DNA from: Anaerolineae bacterium
Lineage (GTDB): Bacteria; Chloroflexota; Anaerolineae; B4-G1; SLSP01
DNA length: 64,000 nt
Assembly (NCBI GenBank): GCA_035415725.1
Contig: DAOOGN010000003.1
Span: 7,776-71,775 of the forward strand
Direction: 5' to 3'
Part shown: piece by piece, positions 19,901-27,807 of the stretch
How positions within the stretch are numbered: position 1 is the first letter of the stretch
How the letters are laid out: every line of letters starts with the position of its first letter
Made by a program: the position numbers and the translations under genes
The notes under the pieces: generated by a model
Told to the model about the DNA's origin: nothing
The model's database searches: none
Seen by the model: only the letters and a program-made list of their open reading frames with translations

Positions 19901-21600
19901 CGTCCGCCGACATGGACGTCGCGCGGGCGTAAATCGCTTTCACCCGTGTCGAGTAAAGACAGCGCCGCATAGCGCGTGACGGTTCCATCGGGTGTTTGCG
20001 CCTCGAGGCGATACAGTCCGACAGCCGATTCCGTCGTCTGGGGGGCATCGAGTGCCAGGGGAAGGCGGCGGCCGTCGGGCGTGACCAACGTTGCGGCTAT
20101 CGTCGCCGCCGGCAGCGCCGGTTCCCACGCCGATCCAGAGGGGAGGGGCAGGATGGGTTCAGTCGAAAGCTGCGGCATTAGCCAGCCTACCACATTTGCC
20201 GTGAGGATGGGGAAAGCAAGACGCAACGGCAAATCCGTATCGTGGAGATCAAAGGCCATGCAGGCAATCCGCCGCTCGGGGCGCTCGACAATCCACAGCA
20301 ACGGTCCGGCAGACGTCTCCAGGAGCACCGTGGCGTCGGCGGGGACAACATAGGCCCGGGCGCGAGCGACGTGGACATCGGACCAATCGACGTATTGCAG
20401 CAGCGGGTGGGACCACTGCCCGCGCACGCCGAGAGTCGGCGTCACGACCGCGCCCGGTTCACCGCAGGGTGACCCCGTCCCCGGCGCGATAAGCCACAGG
20501 TTGGCGGTGGGCAGCGTCACCGTCAGCGGACCGTCCCCCACGATCACAGCATAGTCGCCGGCGGCAGCGTCTTCCAGGCTCATGGCCGCCGATTGCACCA
20601 GTGCCAGGTCGGGCAGCGCACGCAGGGCTTGCGCCAGGAACCGGTTGCCCGGCGTTACCAGGAGCACCTTTTCGCCGCCGGCCCCCGCAGGTGCAATCCA
20701 GGCGTGATCATCGACAGTCAGTGCATCCGTCCCCTCCAAACGCGCTTCGGCCCATGTCAACGCCGAGAGACCGCTGAAGGTGAGCGACGCGGCCCCTTGC
20801 GCGGGCAAATCCACGGTGCGGCGCTCCACCAACACCCCATCGACGTACAAGGCCAGCACGCGCGAGGTCGCCGGGCCATCGTTGTAGACCTGCACAAAGG
20901 CCGTCAATCCCTCCGCGGCGCGGCGTAGCGCAAAAGCGACTATGCCGGCGTTCGCCGCTGCCGGCGGCACAGTGATCAAATGGACCGCGCCGGGGAGCAA
21001 CGGCAGTTCCTCCTCTATGGCGGCATCGGTCACCAGCACAGTGTTGATGTCCTCGCCGGTCGCCAATCCCGTTGCCAGGGCAGCGGCGGCGCGCCAATCG
21101 GCCGAACCATCGACGGGAGAAGCCGTCTCCAGCGCCCGGCGGAAAGCCGTCGCCTCCCCCCCTTGCAGCAGTAAGACGGGGGTTGGCCCCACAGCGATCA
21201 AAGCGACGCGGTCGCCGGGATCCAGGGTGTCTGCCAGGCGACGCAGTTCACGCTGGGCGACTTCAAAGCGGGTTTCGTCGCCAACGGCAGCACGAGCTTG
21301 CATGCTGGCAGACGCATCCAACAACACGATCACCTGACCGTGGAACGTCAGCGGCGCGGGCAGCGCCGGACGCGCCATGCCCACAACCAACATCAGCAAA
21401 ATCAACAACTGTAAAAAGAGCAGCCAGTTACGGCGGAGTTTTTGCCAGGGGCGGTTGGCGTGGCGGTCGGCCAGCACCGCTTCCCACAGCAAGAGGCTCG
21501 GTACAGGCACATTCTGACGGTGCAGCCGCAGCATGTACAGCAGCACAATCGGGACAGCCAGAAGCAGGCCCAGAAGTCCTGTCGGGTTCAAAAAGCGCAT
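16963..21600 (-). CDS. BatA/BatB-like membrane protein with three von Willebrand factor A domains (1545 aa)
   Basis: BatA-type N-terminal TM segment, then three MIDAS-containing VWA domains (VLLDASASM, FLLDRSASTKS, AVIIDKSGSMG). Confidence 0.8.
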   Translation of the reverse strand: MRFLNPTGLLGLLLAVPIVLLYMLRLHRQNVPVPSLLLWEAVLADRHANRPWQKLRRNWLLFLQLLILLMLVVGMARPALPAPLTFHGQVIVLLDASASMQARAAVGDETRFEVAQRELRRLADTLDPGDRVALIAVGPTPVLLLQGGEATAFRRALETASPVDGSADWRAAAALATGLATGEDINTVLVTDAAIEEELPLLPGAVHLITVPPAAANAGIVAFALRRAAEGLTAFVQVYNDGPATSRVLALYVDGVLVERRTVDLPAQGAASLTFSGLSALTWAEARLEGTDALTVDDHAWIAPAGAGGEKVLLVTPGNRFLAQALRALPDLALVQSAAMSLEDAAAGDYAVIVGDGPLTVTLPTANLWLIAPGTGSPCGEPGAVVTPTLGVRGQWSHPLLQYVDWSDVHVARARAYVVPADATVLLETSAGPLLWIVERPERRIACMAFDLHDTDLPLRLAFPILTANVVGWLMPQLSTEPILPLPSGSAWEPALPAATIAATLVTPDGRRLPLALDAPQTTESAVGLYRLEAQTPDGTVTRYAALSLLDTGESDLRPRDVHVGGRVVPSAEAVPGWRDLSRWCVAAALALVLMETALWWGPSVRRRFQTAGRHPRLSTPPRFSASLLLRLVLLALLCLALLDMDWSRRTGDLAVVFLLDRSASTKSAWDAQLAFVENALAQKAPQDRAAVVVFAGDAWVDRALSSSATLPGMATLTRIDATDIESAVRLGLALIPEGAPGRLVLLTDGLETTGRAAWALREARARGVEVQLVQVGTGTPEAEAWVADLRLPTRVYPGDRVPVMVEIGSTAQQNVRLTWTAGGQTGQDGLRILGESDTLAFTFVVDEPGFVPLRVCLDAEYDTFAPNNCADGWVLVQGAPRVLVVGPPEERAALVSALEQAGLPVAVATADALPLTAQGFVDYAGVVVVNTPARSFAPQSLTALRAFVRDLGGGLVAIGGPQSYGVGGWLGTPLEEALPVQMQVQDPSRFPPLAMAVIIDKSGSMGVEEAGVAKIRLAAEAAIRVAETLNDADTLAVVAYDDRPADTFGPARMDEREALIAQLRRLQTGGGGIYVRESLTYAAGLLRNVEVTPATQRHILLLADGSDSEHQEGVLTLVQSLVDEGMTISVVAIGGGSDVPFLTQVAEAGGGRFYLTERAADLPAIFAEETARVKRSYIVEKTFYPEPVTPWLPVADMVATPPLRGYVASTPKSAAQVVWNATQGDPLLAVWQYGLGRSVAWTSDATGRWASAWATWEAFSGFWGAVVRAVLPSSDDSGLSLRVVAEGDRARVVVDVVAPEADTAEGGYVDGLDLQLAVAPTVAGQGESQTVALVQRAPGRYEGYFTPVGRGTWLLRLYGERDLVMGWAAPTLLEYIPGDAMTAVARLAAQGGGTGISEPEQVFVHNLQGRTAEQLLTPFLILLAALLWPLDIAWRRLTLTRADVVRFFVVLREQVRQVRRLRRPSRVTAVETPPTLAATLRQRQQKTAGVEPSVSVVSPPEPTPVSSPPARAEMDAKPVLEHPPRDDAADADTLAARLKRRMRE

Positions 21601-21689
21601 TTCACATCAAGCCGACCGAAGACCGAAGCCCTACGGCTAAACGCACGAAGCCTCCCAGGGAGACTGAGTAGCAGGTTCAGCCGATAGCT

Positions 21690-22064
21690 TTAGCCGCGGG
21701 AATTGATCAATCGCCCCACCAGATAGGTTAACCCTATAAAAGCACCGGCTACCAGCGCCAATCCTAATAGAGCTACGAGGATGTTGAGCCAACGCGCCCC
21801 CCGGCCCTCCGTGCGGCGGGTCAGCCGCGATCCGGCCTGGGCAAAGCGGTCCAGGCTAAAGATCATCGCCCCCACCATGCCACCGATCAAAAGGAGCCTC
21901 GTCCGATCAGTCGGCGTCCACCCCCACGCCGGACCGATCCTCATCACCATCCCCATCACCAGCGCTCCGATCAACGCTCCTAGCATCTGCTGACCCCACC
22001 CCTGTGTCACCCGCAACGGCGGTTGTTCTGGCAAAGGTTTCTTTTTTGACGCGCCTGTCATCAC
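21690..22064 (-). CDS. hypothetical integral membrane protein (3 predicted TM)
   Basis: Hydrophobic ORF co-directional between secF and the VWA gene. Confidence 0.45.
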   Translation of the reverse strand: MMTGASKKKPLPEQPPLRVTQGWGQQMLGALIGALVMGMVMRIGPAWGWTPTDRTRLLLIGGMVGAMIFSLDRFAQAGSRLTRRTEGRGARWLNILVALLGLALVAGAFIGLTYLVGRLINSRG

Positions 22065-22185
22065 CTACTCCTCCCGCAAATTTACGGTGCTACCCGTCAT
22101 TGTACTGTCGGCGGCAAGAAGGGCAAGCCGGGGAGCAAAACAAAGACGGCCCGCAGGCCGTCTTGAATTTCAGCGCTCCCATGGC

Positions 22186-23124
22186 TTATGCCGCGGCGCG
22201 AGCCAGCACGCGGTGATGTTCACGCTCCTCCCACACGACCAGCAGCGGCACGGCGACACACAGCGAGGTGAACGTCTCGCTGAGCATCCCGACCAGCATC
22301 ACGGCCACAAAGGGCTTGATGGTCGTTCCGCCGAAAAGTAGAATCGCCACCAGCACGAACATGGCATTGAGCTGTGTCGCCAGCGAGCGCTGGACCGTCT
22401 CCAGGATGCTGCGATTGACAATCATCTCGAACGGCTCGCTGCGGTGACGGGAAATGTTCTCACGGATGCGATCGAAAACCACGATCACGTCCTGTACGGA
22501 GAAGCCGATCACGGTTAACACAGCCGTCAAGAAGAGCGCGTCGGCCTCCCAACCTTGCAAAATACCCATCAGCGCGTAAAAACCCAGGGTGATCATCACG
22601 TTCACGGCCATGGCGACAATGGAAACCACGCCGTAGCGAAAGGGGTGCGGGACTTTGCGGAACGAGTACCATATAAAGCCCAACACCGCCAGAGCGGCGA
22701 CAAGCACGGCCAGCGCCGCCTGGCGCGCCACCTCGGCGCCTACAGTCGGCTCAACGGTGTTCCAGTTCGAAAGGGCGCGATCCACAGACCCCACCTGCGT
22801 ATCGAGATCATCCAGGATTTGCTGAACTTCTTCGGAATCGGCGAAGCGCGTCCGCACCTGCCACGAATTATCGGCTACGGCACCTAGCCGTTGGATAATG
22901 GGGCCGGTATGTCCATGCGCGATGAAGACATCCCGTATAGCCGACTCTTCCACCGGTTCGGTGAAATGCAGCGTGAACAGGGTTCCCCCTTTGAAGTCAA
23001 TGCTGATACGCAGGGCCTGTCCATCGAACATAATGGCCGACACCACCAGAGCTACCAGGCTGAGCGCGACCAAAATGCCGGCAATGGTGAAGAATAAACG
23101 GCGATGTTGTACAAAGTTAAGCAT
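22186..23124 (-). CDS. secF: protein-export membrane protein SecF
   Basis: 312 aa, SecF-type 6-TM topology and conserved FKGGTLF periplasmic-loop motif. Confidence 0.9.
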   Translation of the reverse strand: MLNFVQHRRLFFTIAGILVALSLVALVVSAIMFDGQALRISIDFKGGTLFTLHFTEPVEESAIRDVFIAHGHTGPIIQRLGAVADNSWQVRTRFADSEEVQQILDDLDTQVGSVDRALSNWNTVEPTVGAEVARQAALAVLVAALAVLGFIWYSFRKVPHPFRYGVVSIVAMAVNVMITLGFYALMGILQGWEADALFLTAVLTVIGFSVQDVIVVFDRIRENISRHRSEPFEMIVNRSILETVQRSLATQLNAMFVLVAILLFGGTTIKPFVAVMLVGMLSETFTSLCVAVPLLVVWEEREHHRVLARAAA

Positions 23125-23133
23125 GGCGCCCTC

Positions 23134-24534
23134 CTATAGCCCCAACACCCAAAGATGTTGCTGAATCCAGTCTCCCAAGGAGCCGAAGGCCACGCGAATC
23201 AGCGTGCGCGTCACCACAATCGCTGTGAACAGGTTGATCAACGTCCCCAGCGCCAGCGTGATGGCGAAACCCTTCACCAGACTGGCCGCAAAAGCATTGC
23301 CAAAGATGAACAGAATCAGACAGGTCAGCAGCGTCGCCAGGTTAGAGTCGCGCACCGACGTCCACGCGCGGGAGAAACCGGCTTCCGCCGCCCGCGCCAA
23401 CGAGCGGCCATGCCGCAGTTCCTCCTTCATCCGCTCAAAGACGAGGATATTTGCATCCACCGCCATGCCGACCGACAGTAAGAAGCCGGCGATGCCCGGC
23501 AGCGTCAGCGTCACCGGGATGAGTTTGTACAGCAGCAGGTTCAACAACACATAAAGTCCTAGCGCCAGATCCGCCGCCAGACCGTTGAGGCGGTAGTAGA
23601 TCAACATGAACAAGAAGACCACCACCAATCCTACGATGCCGGCGCGCACGCTTTTCTCTACTGAGATCGCGCCCAGGCTCGGCCCGATGGCTTTGTAGCT
23701 TTCGATCTTCAGCGGGATGGGCAGGGCACCGTATTGTAATTGTACGGCCAACTGACTGGCCGACTCGTAGTTGAAATTGCCCTGGATGGTCGCCTGGCCA
23801 CTGGGGATGGCGGAGTCGATCCGTGGGCAAGAGATGATTTGCTTATCCAGAACGATGCACAGATTTTTACCCAGGTGCGTCGATGTGTATTCCGCAAAAA
23901 AGTCGGCGGCCTCGGACTGAAATTCGATAGCCACCACGGGCTGTGAGGTTTGACTTTCGCGCGTGACAAAGGCATTCGCCAGGTCGGCGCCGGTCATCAC
24001 GGTTTTGAACAGCATGGAGTCGGTCATGGCGCTCTGGGCCTGTATGGCTTCCTCGGTCATGCCATACGTTGTGCTGATCGGTATCTGCGCTGATTCGAGG
24101 GCGTAAATCATCTCCAGGGTGACATTAGCAGGTGGCTCGACAAATTCCAGCAACGCCGTCTCACGGATGGTATCCACCGCCTGAGCCGGATTTTCGATGC
24201 CGGGGATTTCCACAACGATGCGCTCTGCTCCCTGGATCTGCACCACCGGTTCGGTCAACCCCAGCGCATTCACCCGCTTTTCCACGATGCGCCGCGCGGT
24301 CTCCATGGCCTGGGAATCCAACGTTTGACCCGCGGGCAAATCGGCGACCATCAACACCTGCAAACCACCCTGCAAATCCAGGCCCAATTGAAAGTCGAGG
24401 TTTCGCGTGGCCTCCGGCTGCCAGAAGAGTAGATTCGTCAGCCAGGCCGGATGTTGTTGAGAAACAACACCATAAACGGCCACAGCCGTCAAAAGAAGAA
24501 TAAGCACAAAACTGACGAGTGTACGTCTTTCCAT
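23134..24534 (-). CDS. secD: protein-export membrane protein SecD
   Basis: GLDLQGGLQVLMVAD SecD signature. The start at the ATG at 24534 (MERRTLVSF...) is preceded by a duplicated GAAGGAGTCTTT SD-containing 12-mer. Confidence 0.9.
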   Translation of the reverse strand: MERRTLVSFVLILLLTAVAVYGVVSQQHPAWLTNLLFWQPEATRNLDFQLGLDLQGGLQVLMVADLPAGQTLDSQAMETARRIVEKRVNALGLTEPVVQIQGAERIVVEIPGIENPAQAVDTIRETALLEFVEPPANVTLEMIYALESAQIPISTTYGMTEEAIQAQSAMTDSMLFKTVMTGADLANAFVTRESQTSQPVVAIEFQSEAADFFAEYTSTHLGKNLCIVLDKQIISCPRIDSAIPSGQATIQGNFNYESASQLAVQLQYGALPIPLKIESYKAIGPSLGAISVEKSVRAGIVGLVVVFLFMLIYYRLNGLAADLALGLYVLLNLLLYKLIPVTLTLPGIAGFLLSVGMAVDANILVFERMKEELRHGRSLARAAEAGFSRAWTSVRDSNLATLLTCLILFIFGNAFAASLVKGFAITLALGTLINLFTAIVVTRTLIRVAFGSLGDWIQQHLWVLGL

Positions 24535-24786
24535 AAAGACTCCTTCAAAGACTCCTTCAAAAATAGTTTCCTGAGACCTGGCAAGTCTGTCGCCCAAACG
24601 ATAGAGCATTATAGTCTGGCAGAAGGATTTGTCAATTTTCAGTATCTATTCAGGCTGCTCGGGCCAGTCTCTGACCGTGCCCGCCCCTGCCTGGGCCAGT
24701 GGTGGCGCCCGCCACACTCCTATTTTAAGGGTAGCTGAATAGTGTCAATTTTCAATGCTGGCTCGAATATGCTATAATGCCCGTGC

Positions 24787-24814
24787 GGGGTAGAGCGAAT
24801 GGTCCATTCGCCCC
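24787..24814. repeat. REP-like palindromic element, copy 1 (GGGGTAGAGCGAATGGTCCATTCGCCCC)
   Basis: Other copies at 32371-32409 and 38978-39005. This one sits in the 5' UTR between a perfect TATAAT (24773-24778) and the hydrolase ATG. Confidence 0.5.
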
Positions 24815-24836
24815 ACAAACTCCACACTCGACAGTG

Positions 24837-25604
24837 ATGAACAAGCAAAGTCATTTTTCATCTAACGGCGAACCTTTCTTCTGGCCGGGCGGCGAACCGG
24901 GCGTGCTGCTGATCCACGGGTTTCTGACCACGCCGGACGAGATGCGCCCCCTGGGTGCATACCTCGCCGCCGCCGGCATGACGGTGAACGGCATCCGGCT
25001 GCGCGGGCATGGAACACAGCCGGAGGACCTGGCGCGCGTCACCTGGCAAGATTGGCTGGCGGACGTCGACAACGGGCTGACGGAACTGCGGCAATACTGC
25101 ACGCAGATCTGCGTAGCAGGGTTATCGCTCGGCGGGGCGTTGGCGCTCCACGCGGCTGCCCGCCACCCTCTCACCCGTGTCGTCACTTTTTCCGCGCCCG
25201 ACAGTGCCCTCGTCGGCCAACCCTTACTGCGATTGGTGAAACCCGGCGCGCGGTTGTTGCATTTCTTCCCCAAGATCGGCTCGGACATCCGCGACCCGGC
25301 CATGCGTCACGCTCACTTCACGTACAGGCGCATCCCGTTAAGCAGTGTCCTCCAGGTCGCGGAACTCATACGCACGTTGGACACGTCCTTGTCCCATGTC
25401 ACCGCCCCCACCCTGTTGGTGCAGGCGCGCCACGACCGGGTGGTGCCGCCGGCAACGCCGCAGCGCATCGCGGCGCGGCTGGGCGGCCCCTCACGCCTGC
25501 TGTGGGTCGAGCACGGCGGGCATACTGTGGTGATGGATTACGACCGTGACCTCGTCTTCGCCGCCACCCTGGCATGGCTGCGTGACGCCGGAGACAATGT
25601 CTGA
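24837..25604 (+). CDS. alpha/beta-fold hydrolase (carboxylesterase/monoacylglycerol-lipase-like)
   Basis: GVLLIHGFLTT oxyanion region and GLSLGG nucleophile elbow. Confidence 0.8.
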   Translation: MNKQSHFSSNGEPFFWPGGEPGVLLIHGFLTTPDEMRPLGAYLAAAGMTVNGIRLRGHGTQPEDLARVTWQDWLADVDNGLTELRQYCTQICVAGLSLGGALALHAAARHPLTRVVTFSAPDSALVGQPLLRLVKPGARLLHFFPKIGSDIRDPAMRHAHFTYRRIPLSSVLQVAELIRTLDTSLSHVTAPTLLVQARHDRVVPPATPQRIAARLGGPSRLLWVEHGGHTVVMDYDRDLVFAATLAWLRDAGDNV

Positions 25605-27807
25605 AATGCGTAAAGACCTGCTCATCCTCATCGTCGCCTTCGTCATCGTCGCCACGGCCTGGAACATCCTGGTACCCCCTTACGAAAACCTGGACGAAGT
25701 CGAACACGCCGAGGTTGTGCGCTACATCGCGGCCACAGGACGACTGCCGGTCCACGGAGAGGCCGAGGCAGCAGGGTATCACGTCCGGCAAGAAGCCTCG
25801 CAACCGCCGCTGTACCACCTGCTGGCGGCGAGCTGGTCGCGTCTGTGGGGTCTGCCCAACACTCCGCACCATCCCCAGGCAGTGCCCGGCAACGTCATCG
25901 CCTGTGGCATGACGGGCACCTTTTATAACAAAGCCACCTGGGTACGCGCCGTGGATCAGGAATGGCAGGGCAGTCGCCTGACCCTCCACGTCTTGCGCCT
26001 TTTCTCCACGCTCTTGCAGACGGCGACCGTCGCCGGGGTGTGGATGCTGGCACGCCGAATTTTTCGCTCCGGGCCAACACCGTGGCTCGCGGCGGGGTTC
26101 GTCGCCTTCAATCCGCAGTTCCTGCTCGTCGCCTCCGGCGTGAACAACGACAACGCCGTGACCCCGCTGGCAACCTGGGGCCTTGTCCTGGCCTGCGATC
26201 TGTGGGACCAAGGACCCACGTACCGTCGCGTACTTCTGTTCGGCGTCATCAGCGGGCTGGCGGCGTTGAGCAAGTTGAGCGGTCTGGGACTGATCGGGCT
26301 GGGCGGACTGGCACTGCTGCTCTACGGCTGGCAACACAAAATGCCGCTGCGCCGCATCCTCGGCTGGGGATGCCTGATGGGTTTACCGGCGCTCATCCTC
26401 GTCGCGCCGTGGCTGATACGCAACCTGCGGCTCTACGGCGACTTGACGGCGCTGGCGCCGATGCTAGAAGAGGTCGGGCGGCGCACGTATCCCATCACAT
26501 GGAGTGAAGCCGTCCCCATGTGGCTTTCCTATTGGGGACAGATGCCGTGCGCTTTCTACCCGCGCGCAGTGTACTGGCCTTACCTCCTGGCTATGGCGGG
26601 CGGACTGCCCGGCGTCATCACAGGATGGCGACGATTCGACCGGCGCCAGAAAATGGCGTTGACCCTGTCCGCCGTCTGGTTCACGGTCATCACACTGGCG
26701 TGGCTGCGCTGGAACAGCATCACCCCGGCGACGGGTGGGCGACTGCTCTTCCCGGCCATCGCGGCGCCGGCACTCCTTATGGCCGCCGGGTGGCGCGTGC
26801 TGATTCCGCGCGCCTCATGGATCCTCACGCGATTGGGGGCTGCGGCTTTGCCCCTCTGGTCCGGCGTCGCTTTGTGTGCCGGACCGGTGCTGCTCTTCGC
26901 CCCGCCGGCGCAACTCTCTGCGACCACGCCCGTCCCCAACGCCATCACGGCAACCTTTGGCGATGCTCTGCTCTTGCGCGGCTACGAAATTCGCGTCGTC
27001 CAGAAGCGCCTGGCCTGTATTTTGGCCTCGACGGACTACTGCCGTCCCGCCCTGGACGTCACCCTGTACTGGCAGGCCACCCGGCCGCTGGCCGAAAATC
27101 TCACCATGGCGCTGCAACTCGTCTCGCCCGTGCCCGGCGATACCGGTTTGCGCCTCAACTATCACCACTGGCCCGCCCGCGGCAACCTTCCCACCAACGC
27201 CTGGCCGGTCGAGAGAGTCATCCGCGATCATTACGTCCTGCCGATCCCCGCAGGCGACGCTCCCACGCAGGCCTGGACGGTGCACGTCGCCCTCATCAAC
27301 GACGCGACCGACACACGCCTGCCCGTCTCCAGCGATGGCAATCCAATTGGCGACGCCGTGCGCCTCGTCACACTGCGTATTCCGGGGGCGTCACCGGATA
27401 TCGAAGCCTGGGGGAATCCAGCGACACCGGTACAATTCGGCACTGCCATCCGCCTGATAGACGCCCGTATTGAGGAAACGCACGCCGGCTATCGCGTTGC
27501 GCTGTGGTGGGAAAGTCAGACTACGCCCGCCGTGGATTACACCGTCTTCGTCCACGCCTACGCCGCCACAGGCGAACTGCTGACTACCGGCGATAGTCCG
27601 CCCCAGAACGGGCACTTCCCCACCGGCCTGTGGCAGCCCGGCGACCGCATTCTGGATGTCCACAGCCTGTCACTGCCGACGGGTAGCACGCCGGAACGCA
27701 TCGCCGTCGGCCTGTACCATCCGCTCACCGGCGAACGGCTGATGGCGACCTTCAACGGAGCGCCGCTCGCCGACAACGCCGTCATCATCTGGCAGGCACA
27801 GCCGTGA
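25597..27807 (+). CDS. GT-C membrane glycosyltransferase, GT39/PMT_2-ArnT-like, with two C-terminal ~95-aa repeat domains
   Basis: Multi-TM N-terminal half with loop-1 DE motif (ENLDEVEHAEVVRYI). C-terminal soluble repeats contain DYTVFVH...FPTGLWQPGDRILDVHSLSLP. Confidence 0.75.
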   Translation: MSEMRKDLLILIVAFVIVATAWNILVPPYENLDEVEHAEVVRYIAATGRLPVHGEAEAAGYHVRQEASQPPLYHLLAASWSRLWGLPNTPHHPQAVPGNVIACGMTGTFYNKATWVRAVDQEWQGSRLTLHVLRLFSTLLQTATVAGVWMLARRIFRSGPTPWLAAGFVAFNPQFLLVASGVNNDNAVTPLATWGLVLACDLWDQGPTYRRVLLFGVISGLAALSKLSGLGLIGLGGLALLLYGWQHKMPLRRILGWGCLMGLPALILVAPWLIRNLRLYGDLTALAPMLEEVGRRTYPITWSEAVPMWLSYWGQMPCAFYPRAVYWPYLLAMAGGLPGVITGWRRFDRRQKMALTLSAVWFTVITLAWLRWNSITPATGGRLLFPAIAAPALLMAAGWRVLIPRASWILTRLGAAALPLWSGVALCAGPVLLFAPPAQLSATTPVPNAITATFGDALLLRGYEIRVVQKRLACILASTDYCRPALDVTLYWQATRPLAENLTMALQLVSPVPGDTGLRLNYHHWPARGNLPTNAWPVERVIRDHYVLPIPAGDAPTQAWTVHVALINDATDTRLPVSSDGNPIGDAVRLVTLRIPGASPDIEAWGNPATPVQFGTAIRLIDARIEETHAGYRVALWWESQTTPAVDYTVFVHAYAATGELLTTGDSPPQNGHFPTGLWQPGDRILDVHSLSLPTGSTPERIAVGLYHPLTGERLMATFNGAPLADNAVIIWQAQP

